A stretch of DNA of 64,000 nucleotides from the NCBI GenBank assembly GCA_964016885.1, contig OZ024743.1:36890001-36954000 (forward strand), in the 5' to 3' direction. A model generated the notes under the pieces. It did not search any database. It had not been told where the DNA came from and was given only the letters and a program-made list of their open reading frames with translations. Positions within the stretch are counted from its first letter, which is position 1, and each line of letters opens with the position of its first letter. This document shows positions 41,700 to 56,146 of the stretch, in pieces. Position numbers and translations under genes: made by a program. Source of the DNA: Eledone cirrhosa (lineage: Eukaryota).

Positions 41700-42075
41700 T
41701 GGTTGTTTGATATGCTACATATAGCAGCCACATCTCCCTCAAATCACACCCTAGTGTCTTAAAGAAAATGAAAGACACATTTGGCTAATATAATATGCCT
41801 TGAAAAACACCTGATGGTCATGGATGGAACATATTTTGATCATAAATTTGCTTGAATAGGACTAACATAGGACTAAACAACAATATCAACCTCAAACAAA
41901 AAACAAAACCTCATCATCACTGCTAGATATGCTACAGATATCAGTCAAATCTTCCACAGATCACACCCTACTGTCTTATGAAAAATAAGGACACATTTGG
42001 CTAAAGTTGTTCTAGATATACTATGCCTGAAAAAAGGACTGGATGGTCATGGCTGGAACATCTTTCATCATAAAA
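41700..42075 (+). repeat. Tandem pair of a ~190-bp dispersed repeat (others at 8170-8330, 39995-40170, 40800-40895, 54555-54735, 56440-56610)
   Basis: Shared TGCTAGAAATAGCAGCCAAAT..CCTCAAATCACACCCTA..GATGGTCATGGCTGGAA..GCTAAACAA. Confidence 0.65.
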
Positions 42076-42784
42076 AGCAACTACAATAACATATGGATTC
42101 CATTGATTTTTAAAAAATGACTTTCCTGAGAAAAATAGGGGAAAAAATTGAATCCTTTACCAATAACTTGGTAATGTTTCTTTTTCTATGTAATGAATAC
42201 CTGATTGTTAAGAGAAAATTGACCTCAGTGAGATTTGAACTCAGAATGTAAAAGGTTAAAACAAAATACTGCAAGGCATTTTGTCCAATGATTTACTGAT
42301 TCTACCAATCCTCCACCAATAATTATAATTCTTTCTAACCAGCAATTTAGGGGAAGGGGAAGGTTGATTATACTGACTCAGGTACATAACTGGTACTTTC
42401 TTTCATCAATCCCAGAATGATGAAAGGCAAAGTTGACCTTGCTGGGATTTGAACTCAGAGCATATAAAGCCAGAACAAATCCTACAAAACAGTTTGTCCG
42501 ATGCTCTAACGATTCTGCCAATCCACTGCTATTCCACCAATAATAATGATTTTTTCTAGCATAGGCACAAGGCCAGAAATTTGCAGTGAGGTGTTAGTTA
42601 AGTTTACCCTAGTATTTGACTGGCACTTTATTTTATCAATCCTGAAAGTATGAGAAGGTAAAGTTGACTTTGGTGGGGTTGGATGTAAATATAGAATATA
42701 GAAAGGAGGAACAAATATTTAAAGACATTTAATTTGACACTGTTATGATTCAGCCATTATTATTCCAAATAATAATAACCTTAA

Positions 42785-43006
42785 CCCTTTAGCATTTACA
42801 TTACTCTATATTTATTATATTTTCATGGTAAAGGCTTTACCTCACATAATTATCTCACATAATATCGAATCTATGAGATTTTGATATTATTTATTTTGAA
42901 AACAATACCTAAACATCAGTATGAGTGGCCAGTTATGGCTGGTTTAAACAGAAAGAAGTGAGATAATTCTGGTTGGTTTAAATGCTAAATGGTTAATGCT
43001 AAAGGG
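42785..43006 (-). mobile_element. Second copy of the same piggyBac-type MITE, with a duplicated terminus
   Basis: Reverse complement of 37296-37505; TTAA flanks; AATGCTAAA.GGTTAA is repeated at the right end. Confidence 0.75.
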
Positions 43007-45004
43007 TTAATCAAATGAGGCAAATGTATGTAGTTTAAATTTCAATATAATAGACTCCCCCGCCTCTCCATATATAAAATACTGCTGCACTACTACAGAG
43101 ACAGGCTTGCTAACATTCTATCACATAAATTACATGAGTCTATAATACATGCTTCAGTAACAACAATAACAATATTATATATGTGTATGTGTGTGTGTGA
43201 GTGCATGTGTGAGCATGCATGTATGTGCACATGCGCATAAATTTGAATTTCCTGATAGGAGGAAAAACATGCTCAATACCAAAGTAGAATATAATTATTT
43301 ATTATAGTACTAAGATTAGTCTCTCTTACTGTTCTGAGTTTTACAATTGTTTACTAATCATGTGAGTAAAAGTAATGTTAGACAGTACAATACATATGGC
43401 AAATACTATGGATTTAGGTATCCTACTTATTCTAATAGTTTTTTCAACACTTGTTCTTATAAAAGTATGTGGCCTAGTTGTTAGGGGTGTTGGACTTGTG
43501 GTCATCAGGTTGTGGATTTGATTCTTGAACCAGATGATTCATTAGAATGTTGGACAACATATTTTATTTCATGTTAGTCCTTCTGTCAGAAGTTGCAGCT
43601 AGAAGATAGTAACTGTAATAGAAATACCAACAGAAACACTTTTTCCTTGATCCGATCTGATGATTGGCTCATTACATTTTTCTTATAAAAATCCCCCATA
43701 TTTTGTAACAATCTCTATATCTGTCATATTTGTGCCATATATATTGTGTTTTGTAATATCACCTTTAGTTGTGGTATGAGTAACCAATTATAAAACTCAG
43801 AGTAGCAACAGAGAGTAATCTTAGTAATATAATATACACACACACATATATATGTGTGTGTGAGTGTACATGTGTGTGTGTGTATACGAACATACATATA
43901 ATATTCATTCATGTGTAGAGTGTATGCCTCAAAGACATATAGAGACAAGTGCAAAAACAGGCATCAAATGAAATCATAATTAAAAATCAAGTAAAATAGT
44001 AAAATTACCATCATTAACTCTTTAATGATCTATTATACAATTAGCTTTATTGCAGATCATTAACCCTTTTCATAGTAAATCACCTAAAACTGTCACTTAT
44101 TTTTATAGTACAAACCGTTCATTCTTATATCTAAACCTTCTATATAATTTTCTGGTGGAATATTTTGTTAAGTAATGCCCAAAACAATGAAACAGGACAT
44201 GGCTTAGTTAATTAATTCATTATTTTATGATCATTCAGAGGGCAAAATAAACAAAAATGTTATCGATATATTCCCTATATTTTATTATTTTCAATACAAA
44301 TTGAAAGATATAGAAGTGTTAGAAATATACTAATGAAAAGGTTAAAACAAAAAAGTTTAAAAATCATCATCATCATCATTTAATGTCCCCTTTTCCATGC
44401 TAACATGGGTTAGTTAAATAGGTTGTCCCATTAGAGGCAAGATGGGTCAGGTGACCGTATCTGGCTCATATAGGACTGTCTCTGGTTAGATTTCTACGTC
44501 TGGATGCCCTTCCTAATGCCATAAAAATATAAAGTATAATATTTTTAGTATAACTATTTATATATTTTTTAGAGTTGTACTTGTTTGTGAGCATATTTCA
44601 ATAGAAATAAGGTAATGAAAGGGTTAAAACAATAGAAATTTAAAAAACAAGTAGTGTATTAGTTTTAGGTACATCTATTTGTTTAAGGTTTTACATTAAA
44701 CTGTTTCATTCAGTTCTAGTCCTGTAGAAGATATTACTATATTAAATTTTACACTCTACTAATGTATTGAGTACCTTATTTACTGTGGTTATCCCCAACT
44801 GAAACTGGGATTCACATATATATACGCAATTGTGAGGTTGTGAGTTCGATTCCTGGATAGAGCGATGCGGTATGTCCTTGAGCAAGACACTTTATTTCAC
44901 GTTGCTCCTTCTACCTGGAGTTGCGACTGATAGATAGTATTAGCAATTGGAAAGACTAATGGAAACATGGTTTCCTCGGTCCAATTTGATGAAAGTCGAT
45001 TGTT

Positions 45005-45062
<58 letters not shown>

Positions 45063-45237
45063 CACACATACATATACACATCTTATTCTACTCAACTAAG
45101 GTAGGACATAACTCTATTAAAACTCATTGAACAGTTGATGTGAATATCCCATTGAAGCAAAGCAAATTTTGTTTTTGTCGAAAAGCAGTATCTTATTACA
45201 TGTCATTGATTATTCAAAAATTACAAAGTCAGATATA

Positions 45238-45467
45238 TAATGTTGAACAATGAAACAAATAAGACCAGGTTTAGTAGTTAATTAATGTTTCTGAGGAAGG
45301 ACAGCAGAATGGATAAATCTTGTTGAGACTTATAATATGGAGTCTCATAAATCACATATTTAGTCAATATATCGATAGAATTTTTGTTTATTTTGGCATC
45401 TGAAATTATCATAAAACAATGAATTAATTAATTACTAAGCCATGTCCTGTTTCATTGTTTAACAATA
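45238..45467. mobile_element. Hairpin element with TAATGTTGAACAATGAAA-type inverted ends
   Basis: TGTTGAACAATGAAACA ... TGTTTCATTGTTTAACA; 44180-44272 is an inverted partial copy. Confidence 0.6.
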
Positions 45468-45476
45468 TATATATAT

Positions 45477-45507
<31 letters not shown>

Positions 45508-45682
45508 GTAATATATATATATATATGTAATATATATATATATATATATGTAATATATATATATATATATGTAATATATATATATAAATATATGTAATAT
45601 ATATATATAAATATATGTAATATATATATAATATATATATATATATATGTAATATATATATAATATATATATATATATATGT

Positions 45683-45719
<37 letters not shown>

Positions 45720-45766
45720 GTACATACATATACATATGTAATATATATATGTAATATATATATGTA

Positions 45767-45802
<36 letters not shown>

Positions 45803-46192
45803 GTATATATTATATATATATATTACATATATATATTACATATATATATTACATATATATATGTATATATTATATATATATTACATATATATATTACATA
45901 TGTATATATCTAATATATATAAATATATATATATATATATGTACATATATATATACATATGTAATATATATATAATATATACATATGTAATATATATATA
46001 TAATTGTTTCTACTTTAGGCACAAGGCCAGCAATTACCCAGTGCATTACTGGTACTTTATTTTATCGACCCCGTAAGGATGAAAGGCAAAGTCAACCTCG
46101 GCAGGATTTGAACTCAGATCGTAAAGGGACGTAACTCTGCTGGAAAGCATGGAGTCCGACCCTCTACCGATACTGCCAATCCACCGCCATGT

Positions 46193-46257
<65 letters not shown>

Positions 46258-46273
46258 TATATTTACATATGTA

Positions 46274-46326
<53 letters not shown>

Positions 46327-46328
<2 letters not shown>

Positions 46329-47474
46329 CATCATCATCATCACCATTTTATGTCCGTTCTTCCATGCTAGCATGGGTTAGACGGGTTGTCCTGTTGTGGG
46401 CAGTGTCCGGTTGGCTGACCATGTCTTGCTCATACAGGAACTGATTCTGGCTTGTTTTCTACAGCTGGATGCCTTTCCTAACACCAACCTCATTTACAGT
46501 GAGTGCTGGGTGCTTTTTTTCCATGGTGCCTACAGGTTCACTTTACAGTGTCGGCTGGGTGCCTTTTTGCCGTGGCACCGCCATGACCACTTTGCAGTGG
46601 GAGGGTGTGGGGCCATTTGTCTATATGCTTCAGCTTCGGCTTGTACCCGCGGGGGTGGTCGGGTCTTCTGTATTACTGCGTGACGCCAGAGGTTACAGTC
46701 ATGTGTCATCACCTTTGAGAGGTGTAATTGGGTAAGGTCAGCTTTTATCACCTCATCCCAGGTCATCTTGGTTCTCCCCACTCCGCGATTTCCATCGACT
46801 TCTAGTGCTCTGCATCTTTTTATGCAGCTGTCATCCTTCATACGCATCACATGTCCATACCAATGCAACTGCCTCCCCTGCACACAGCATTTGATTCCTC
46901 TTATGCTCAGTCTCTCTCTCAATTCATTTATGCTTCTGCCGTTCGTGTATATTACTATTACACATCCATCGGAACATGCAGGCGTCATTTGTTTCTAATC
47001 TACGCAAGTCTTCCAAAGGCAGCGCCCAGGTCTCACTACCATGTAACATTGCTGTTCGGATACACGCATCATACAGTGTACCTTTCATTTTGAGGGAAAA
47101 GCCTTTTACAGCTAGCAGTGGCAGTAGCTCCCGGATCTTCTTCCATCCTCTTCTTACCCTAGTTATTGTACTTTCCGAATACCCACCTCCGCTGCTAATT
47201 CGGTCACCTAGGTAGCAGAAGCTGTCTACTGTTTCTACAGAGCCCTCCCAGAGTTTGGTGGTGCTTGTTTCCTGTGGCTGTTTGCTGCCCCAGTGCAGCT
47301 GCTACATGTGAAGCTTCCTGAGATCCCACTACATCTCTTGTGTAACCATTGTTTTCATTTGGGACAGAATGGAGTTCCTACCTACACCTTTCCTACATAC
47401 TGAACAAGGCCATTTCCCTGAGGGGATCTGGGTTCTGTTTTCTCATCTACTTACAAGGACCATAGTCTTTGTCA

Positions 47475-47477
<3 letters not shown>
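46327..47477 (-). mobile_element. RTE LINE 3' part with a PHD-like finger after the RT, and (ATG)n tail
   Basis: WPCSVCRKGVGRNSI..WLHKRC..FTCSSC, VDSFCYLGD, WYGHVMRM, RGVGR.KMTWDEVI. Confidence 0.88.
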
Positions 47478-48096
<619 letters not shown>

Positions 48097-48865
48097 GGCT
48101 TCTCCCTCAGAATGAAAGGCAGACTGTATGATGCGTGTATCCGAACAGCGATGTTGCATGGTAGTGAGACCTGGGCGCTGAAGGTGGAAGACTTACGTAG
48201 ATTAGAGAGAAACGAAGCCTGCATGCTCCGATGGATGTGTAACAGTAATATACGTGAACGACAAAGCATAAATGAATTGAGAGAGAGACTGAGCATAAGA
48301 GGAATCAAATGCTGCGTGCAGGAGAGGCGGTTACGCTGGTATGGACATGTGATGCGTATGAAGGATGACAGCTGCATAAAAAGGTGCAGAGCACTAGAAG
48401 TTGATGGAAACCGCGGAGTGGGGAGACCCAAGATGACTTGGGATGAGGTGATAAAAGCCGACCTTACCCAACTACACCTCTCAAAGTCAATGACACACGA
48501 CCGTGACTTCTGGCGTCACGCAGTAATACAGGGTACCCGACCTCCCATGGGTACATGCTGAAGCATATAAACAATATGCCCCCCCCCCCCACCGCAAGGT
48601 GGTCGTGGAGGTGCCACGGCAAAAAAGCACCCAGCCCACACTGTAAAGTGGACGTGTAGGCGCCACGAAAAAGCACCCAGCACTCACTGTAAATGAGGTT
48701 GGTGTTAGGAAGGGCATCCAGCTGTAGAAATCAAGCCAGATCAGTTCCTGTATGAGCAAGGCATGGTCAGCCGACCAGACACTGCCCACAACAGGACAAC
48801 CCGTCTAACCCATGCTAGCGTGGAAGAACGGACGTAAAACGGTGATGATGATGATGATGATGATA
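48097..48865 (+). mobile_element. Second RTE LINE 3' copy, opposite orientation
   Basis: KGRLYDACIRTAMLHGSETW..RRLRWYGHVMRM..GRPKMTWDEVI with a (GAT)n tail; collinear with 46327-47104. Confidence 0.9.
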
Positions 48866-48871
48866 TATATA

Positions 48872-48911
<40 letters not shown>

Positions 48912-49082
48912 TATATATATACGTATGTAATATATATATATAATATATATATGTACATATATATACATATGTAATATATATATATATATATATATATGTA
49001 ATATATATATGTACATATATATACATATGTTATATATATATATATATGTAATATATATATAATATATATATATTACATATAT

Positions 49083-49416
49083 GGAGGTACATGGCTTAGT
49101 GGTTAGTTCATGGGCCTTGCAATCGACAAGTTGTGAGTTCAATTCTCAGACCGGGTGATGTGTTGTTTCCTTGAGCAGGACACTTTATTTCACATTACTC
49201 CAGTTTACTCAGCGGTAGAAATAAGATGATAGGACTGGCATACCATCATTCCACTTTAAAGTGGTCGTGGAGGTGCCACAGCAAAAAAGCACCCAGCACT
49301 CACTGTAAATGAGGTTGGTGTTAGGAAGGGCATCCAACTGTAGAAATCAAGCCAGAATCAGTTCCCGTCCCACCCTTGCAAGCAGGGAAAAGCGGCGTAA
49401 AATGATGATGATGATG
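49083..49416 (+). mobile_element. tRNA-headed CORE-like SINE with an RTE-derived tail
   Basis: A box TGGCTTAGTGG, B box GAGTTCAATTC, CORE-like TTTCCTTGAGCAGGACACTT; the 3' tail matches the LINE 3' end at 48597-48750. Confidence 0.8.
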
Positions 49417-49417
49417 G

Positions 49418-49450
<33 letters not shown>

Positions 49451-49504
49451 TATATGTAATATATATATATATATATAATATATATATATATATATGTTAT
49501 ATAT

Positions 49505-49542
<38 letters not shown>

Positions 49543-49884
49543 ATATATATATATATATATGTAATATATATATATATGAATATATATATATATGAATATA
49601 TATATATATGAATATATATATATATGAATATATATATACATATGAGTGTATGTATAGCATATTTGGCAATATACTGTATGTTTAATTAAAAACATTTAGA
49701 AGACCATTTGCTATCAGTTTTAAAGTAGTGACTATGTCACTTACTTATTTTCGCTGAAAGAAGAAAGAGGGGCTGACAGCTGTTTCTTGCTTTTTGGCGT
49801 TTATAAATACTACACAACGGTATATTTTCAAATATACTATACATACATTCATGTATACATCGCTATTTCAGAGCACCAATATTA

Positions 49885-49915
<31 letters not shown>

Positions 49916-50956
49916 GTACTTGTTGCACAACTGACTTTATTTGAAACAATTATATCAAGGAAGAGTCAGTTATTTTAACCATTTAAAAACTCTTAAAAAA
50001 AAAGAAAACAGTTGTTTACTTTCTTGTTTATAGTCTACTATAAAATGTTTAAATCGTTTTGACACGCATATGCAACTGATTCACTGACACAATTCTACTG
50101 CATCAAATACACCTGCAGAGTATATAGTATATTAAGCAATAAACAAAAAGTCATAAAACAGATTTTATATGATCTTAATAACTGAGATGACTCTTCCACA
50201 AGATAAGTATATTAATGCATATTAACTTAATTTAAACTGCTTTAATTCAGTTTTTTTATGAATAAGTTGAGCATATAAGCATCTAGATATGGGAAAATGG
50301 AGAGTATCACTTGAGGAACTTGAACTCACAACTATGTCAGATGGCTTTGCTATCATTACACGAAAGCAAATCTGGCCATTTACCTAGCATTTTTAATCCT
50401 TATATATTGGCTAGTAGATGTAAACAAAGAATCAATCATATTCATGAAGTGTTGATCAAATTTTGAATGTATGTTAGCTTTATGTAAGCTACATCAACTC
50501 AGAGTTTTTGAGTATGAAAAATAGTTGAACAACTTGTTAAAAACTTGTCCAACTTAACTAACTTAATTATTTATTTATATCATAATTTAAACTGTGTATT
50601 TGGTTTGGAATAGTTACATTATATCCTTCTCTGCCAAGAGATGTAACTGAAGAGATTAGCACTAGGAAGGACATATGGCCATAAAATAGTGACTCAAAAG
50701 TATCCCAATGTGAGTATAAAATCTGTCAGGGGACTGCATGATCAACCTCTTCATTAGTAAGGAAAATGGTCTTAAAATTCTGGTTTCTATGTTGTGCATT
50801 TTATATCACAATTTGTGAACAGTAGCATTGTTGGGTATAGGTTTCCAACAGTAATCAAGTAATGATTGTATTCACTGTATTTTAGATAGTAAGTGTGATA
50901 AGGAAATATCATTGGATTTACATCTTCTCACCAATGTTTATATCCTTCATTGGTTA

Positions 50957-51018
<62 letters not shown>

Positions 51019-52210
51019 TAGCAGGAAAAATTAATGTTAAATGTTGAGGCATATGTATACAACAGGCTTCTACACATTTTCCGTCAGCCAAATTCCACTT
51101 ACAAGATATTAGAGAACTTGAAGCTATGGTAGAAGACATTTGTACAAGATACTATAGTATTGTGGGATCAAACCCAGCACCAGGTGGTTGCAAATAAACA
51201 TATGCCTCTGAACCAACATTTTGAAGCTAACCCATCTTGGACCAAGCCTGGTACATTTTATCAAACCTCATAAGAAGTGTTTATACTGAATTAAATTTTA
51301 ACCAAAATCTATTTGTCACAGGAATTTGAGATTTAAGTAGGTGAAACTTTTATCACAGTTTTATGTAGGAAACTTTCCTTAATTCAACAAAGTAATATAA
51401 CAAATAAATATATCAAAGTTAGTTTCTTTACTAAGCCCCCCCCCCCCCCCCCCTTAATTCTTGTTATTATGGAAATTTATTGAATTTATTGTTTCAAATC
51501 AGTTAAAGAATATTTTTCTGTCTGGGTTTGCTTGCTATATCAGGATTTAGAATAAGTAGACAGTTAAATTAGGTTATTGATTATGTATATCATAAAAGAG
51601 TTGGTGATGGAAAATTAAAAAGAAAGAAAAAAATTACATGCACAGTTTTATAAATATTTATTTAGAACATATATAAGTATATATGTATTGAGGCATATGC
51701 ATATAATTGAGTGTATGTTTGTGGCACACATTTATTGGCTTACTTTGAGGTTTATAAGATACATTTAAGTAATAGTGAGTGTGACAAAGGATTATCACTG
51801 GGCTTTCGTTTTCTCACCAATGATTATATCTTTTATTAATATACATGGATTAAATATTATCCAATGACTAAATGGTATTTAATATTACCATTTGGTCATT
51901 GGATGCCTCTAGTGGGATTTACTTGGATGTGATCATTTGAACTAGAGCCTTGCACAGATATTGAGTTTTAGATCATTGAGACTAAGCATTGGCCACATTA
52001 TCCTCACCAATCTGGGTAGGTTTGTAAATGTTATGGCCTCTGTCCCCTCTTCCCTGACTAGCTTATAAAGGAAAACAAAACAAAAATTCTTTAAACTGAA
52101 GTTTGTCTCAGCCATGTTCTAATATTCTAATTTATATTTATTTAATAGTTGACTCTCCTCCTATCAGCTCTTTTGATCATTTTCAGATTACTTAAAATAA
52201 ATTTTATCCA

Positions 52211-52466
52211 TTAACCCTTTCCTTCCTTCAAGCATTTCTAATCAAATTACACTGCTTATATCGTCCAATTAATTTTGAAAATAACCAAAACTTTGGAAGA
52301 ATTTAATATAATAGCAAAGTTTTTCATTAGTAAGCTGATATTTAGAACATTACTTATCAAAAATTTCTTAATTATAATTATGATGGATGATTTTAAGCAT
52401 ATAAATGAACAGTTTTGTATCATAAATCTAAAGTTATTTCAGATGGTTTACTATCAAAAGGGTTAA
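52211..52466. mobile_element. Older TTAA-CCCTTT MITE family (other decayed copies near 33335-33580, 37540-37785, 38600-38815, 44060-44345, 53445-53652, 56790-57000)
   Basis: TTAACCCTTT...AAAGGGTTAA ends and a shared ATTTTGAAAATAA core. Confidence 0.55.
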
Positions 52467-54099
52467 TGTTCTGCTGATAAAATAATTGCATAACTTTCAA
52501 ACATTTATTCATATCTCAATTGAGAAAAATTACTTGATCTTTGGGGAATGGTATCTGAGAATTACAAGTGGCCTATTCAGGAGGAGAGGTACTTTTCATC
52601 TAAATAAGTACAGAAATAAGTTAATCTTTCATAAACTGTGGAAGCCCATGATGGCTTTGTTTAACAATGGTTCCTGAAGCTGTTATGAAATGAGGGGTAA
52701 TTTCCTTCTTGGAGGGGACACTAGCTTGTTCTAGGAAATTATTCAGAAGTGGATTTGTTTTGATAACAGCTTGTCTATGTATCTAGATTATTATTATATA
52801 TATAATAAAGAAATTATTTTTAAACAATGGAATTAATTGGTCAAAGTAATGCTGAGATACTCATTGCCTGCCTGACTCTCAGATAGACTTAATAAAAGAT
52901 TTGAACTTAAACACATTAGTTGCTCAGTTAATCCATTCATAATTCCCAATGGTATATAACTCTACTTAATGTTGATGAAAGCAACATCTTTCATTAGATA
53001 GGACAGTGGCCTGTTACAGGCAACTTCCATAGAAGACTTGACACATATTCTGCATCTAAGTCAATCAGAATTAAATATCAGCATGTGAAATACAGAGGTT
53101 AAACAAGCTATTCAGTACTTTATTGATTCAAGCATCTTTCATGACTTGATATTTCTTAACATATGAGTCTTGTGTTTGTGCATATTTGTTTCCTAAATAA
53201 CACACCTTGCAATACATATATAGGTCTATTGAACCTAAGAGTAACATCTTCTAGAACCTTCACTTCTAAAACATTTTACTGTGGCAATATGAGTAAGAAG
53301 ATTCCAGACTAAATATAATTCAAATTCATCTTTCAACCAGAATCACTTATCATATCAGACCATTGGTGTATAAAGACAATTTTGCTTTTGTGTTGTTGTT
53401 TAGCCTCAATTCAGCCTTGTTTGGGCAGATCTATGATCAAATGCATTAATCCTTTTGTAACCAAAAAGAAAGCCAGCCATTTTAATACATTTCTATGTAA
53501 ATTAAAATATTCCAATATAATTTTATATAAGAACCATATGTTAAGTTGCGAACTTAGTAATGAAGCAATAATTTTAGTAAATCTCTCAAAATTCTTCATT
53601 TATTAATTGAAAGATAATGTATTTCATTAGAAACATGTTCATAAATGGTTAAAGCCATAACCAATACATCTTTTTTTTTCTCCAGAAATTGTGTACCCCA
53701 GATTACATTATCCAAAGTGTCTTGTTTAAGTATCATTTGGCTGATATTTCTAATAGGTTGAACAACCATATAGAGGTTCTCTCACTGGCTGCTAATTATT
53801 ATCAGGTAGCTTATTTAGAATCAAGTTCACTTGATGGAGCTTTTCCCTTCCAAACTATATCCATAGAATGAGTTGAACTTAGCATTCAAAACTAATAAAC
53901 CATTTATCATCATCACAGTACTGATGTTGTCTTTAGATTAGTAAGTTCATGTAACTTTGTCATACCAATTGTCAGCTAAGTGGAATAATCCATTTAAGGG
54001 TTAAGTGGTGTCACCATGGTCGCATTACTGTGAACATAATAAGCTATAGACTGTTGTTCACTATCTTATCCACTTGGCCATCTATGTCTTCTGATTCCA

Positions 54100-54330
54100 T
54101 AGCAGACTGCCACATGTTACTTCAGTCAAATTACCCAGCAAACTGCCATAAATAATTTTAGCCAAATTCCCTACCAAACTGCCCTATATAATTTTAGTTA
54201 GATTTACTGTCAGACTGCCTAATGCAATTTTAATTAAATTTCCAACCAAACTGCCATATGTAATTTTAGTCAAATTGTCTATCAGACTGCCAAATGCAAC
54301 TTTAGGTGAATTGCCAGCCGACTTACATAT
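54100..54330. repeat. Degenerate ~36-bp minisatellite, 6-7 units
   Basis: CA(G/A)ACTGCC..AATTTTAG.CAAATT recurs with ~36-bp period. Confidence 0.8.
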
Positions 54331-54917
54331 TCAAATTAGGGTCAAATAAACATATCAACATTAATTTTGTTTAGCAAGTTCCAGGAATTGCCAGTAATTC
54401 TTATTTTCAGTGACATGGCTGTTCCATTAACTGTACATGAAACATAGCTGTATAAAATGTAGTCCTGTTTTGTTACATAATTTTAGTTTCCTTTTATGCT
54501 GATAGCAATTACAACTAAAATAATCCAACAGCAAAATTGTTATATGGTCACCCCATTTGCTAGAAATAGCAGTCAAAGCTCTCTTAAATCCCACTAAACC
54601 ATATAACAAAATGTAAAGTGACACTGGAGAATGTAGTTCTAGATAAACTATGCCTGAAATAAATTTAAAAGATACTGGGTGGTCGGGTCTGGAATGCATT
54701 TGAATATAGGTCTGCTTGATCAGAGAGAACTTAGGTGACAAGTAATTTCAACCATAATAGCATTAACAACAATAATATGAAAGAAAAGAAAGAAAATGAG
54801 AAACAAAAGATAATAGCATTAACAGCAACAGCAATCCCTACAACAACAAAGACGACAACAACAACAATAACAACACCAGCATTAGCAGCAATATAATCTA
54901 TAAGTGGTTTCAAACCC

Positions 54918-54954
<37 letters not shown>

Positions 54955-55035
54955 GTGTGTGTGTATATATATATGCATATATATATGCATACATATATAT
55001 ATATGTATATGTGTGTATATATATATGTATGTATA

Positions 55036-55073
<38 letters not shown>

Positions 55074-55079
<6 letters not shown>

Positions 55080-55333
55080 GTTGAGCAATGAAAGAATAAG
55101 AGAAAAGGTTAGGTAGTTTGTAATCCATTATTTTACTATCATTTCAGCTGAGCAGAAAAGAATGCATAACTAGTTCGATGGTGTAAAGGTAAATCCATTT
55201 CATCAGTCTCAAAAAGCACATCTTATCTGCCGGCTGGTGCACATTCTTGTCTATTCAACTGAAACGGTCATAAAACAATGGGTTAATAACTACCTTCCAT
55301 TCTTTTCTTATTCTTTCATTGTTCAACATTATG
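55074..55333. mobile_element. Second hairpin element with the same inverted ends
   Basis: ATAATGTTGAGCAATGAAAGAATAAGA ... TCTTATTCTTTCATTGTTCAACATTAT. Confidence 0.7.
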
Positions 55334-55794
55334 TATTTGACTCTGTACCTCAGACACTCACAGACTTCTGAGTGGGTCATTGTATCAATGTGGATGGCAC
55401 CCTATCAATTAAATATTCATTGTGGTACAATATGGAATTTAAAGATATTTTAGAAGTCCTGGTCTGTTAGACGAAATCACCATTCCTGCATTGAGAACAA
55501 AGATTTTATAGAATAGATCATAATAAGGAAAAATTAAGCTTATTTGGTTGTATGGTTAATGAGCTCTCTTTTATAAACTTGAGCTCTCTTTTATAAATGT
55601 GTGTGTTTGTATGTGTTTGAATTTGCATTTGTTTATGTTCTCTAACTTATCAGTTCAACAAAAGAAATCGATAAAATAAGTACCAGCCATGAAAACATAA
55701 GTGCTGGGATCAATATGATTGGCTAAATTAAGACAGTGCCTCAGTATTGCCGCAGTATAATGACTGAAACAAGTAAAAGAATAAAAAAAATGTG

Positions 55795-56146
55795 TCTGAC
55801 AATGCCCCAGATCATTCGTCAGAGTTGATCCAAGGTTTTTCTTGGAAAAGAAAGGTGTTTTACTCATTTGCCAGCTCCCTATTCTCCAGACATGATTTCT
55901 TCTGACTTCTCGTTGTTCCCAAAGATGAAGATGCCACTGAAAGGACATCAAGCGGACAGTGGTGGCAGAGCTGAGAACCACTCCAGCAGAAACATTCTAG
56001 ACATGCTTTGAATAGTGGAGGTATCGCTAGACTAAGTGTGTAGAGACACCAGGAACCTACTTTGAAGAGGATTAGCAATTTAAGCCTTACCAATTATGTA
56101 ATATTTTCCCCAGCCTAAGACTGGAAACATTTTTGACAGACATAGT
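55795..56146 (+). pseudogene. mariner transposase C-terminal remnant with 3' end
   Basis: DNAPDHSS, APYSPDMISSDFSLFPKMK..LKG (YSPDL-like motif), KCI...G.YFE, then a TIR-like ACATTTTTGACAGACATAG|TA. Confidence 0.8.

Noticed and set aside
54100-54330. CRISPR-like periodicity of ~36 bp
   Set aside because: Contiguous degenerate tandem units without unique spacers, in a eukaryotic context with no cas genes.
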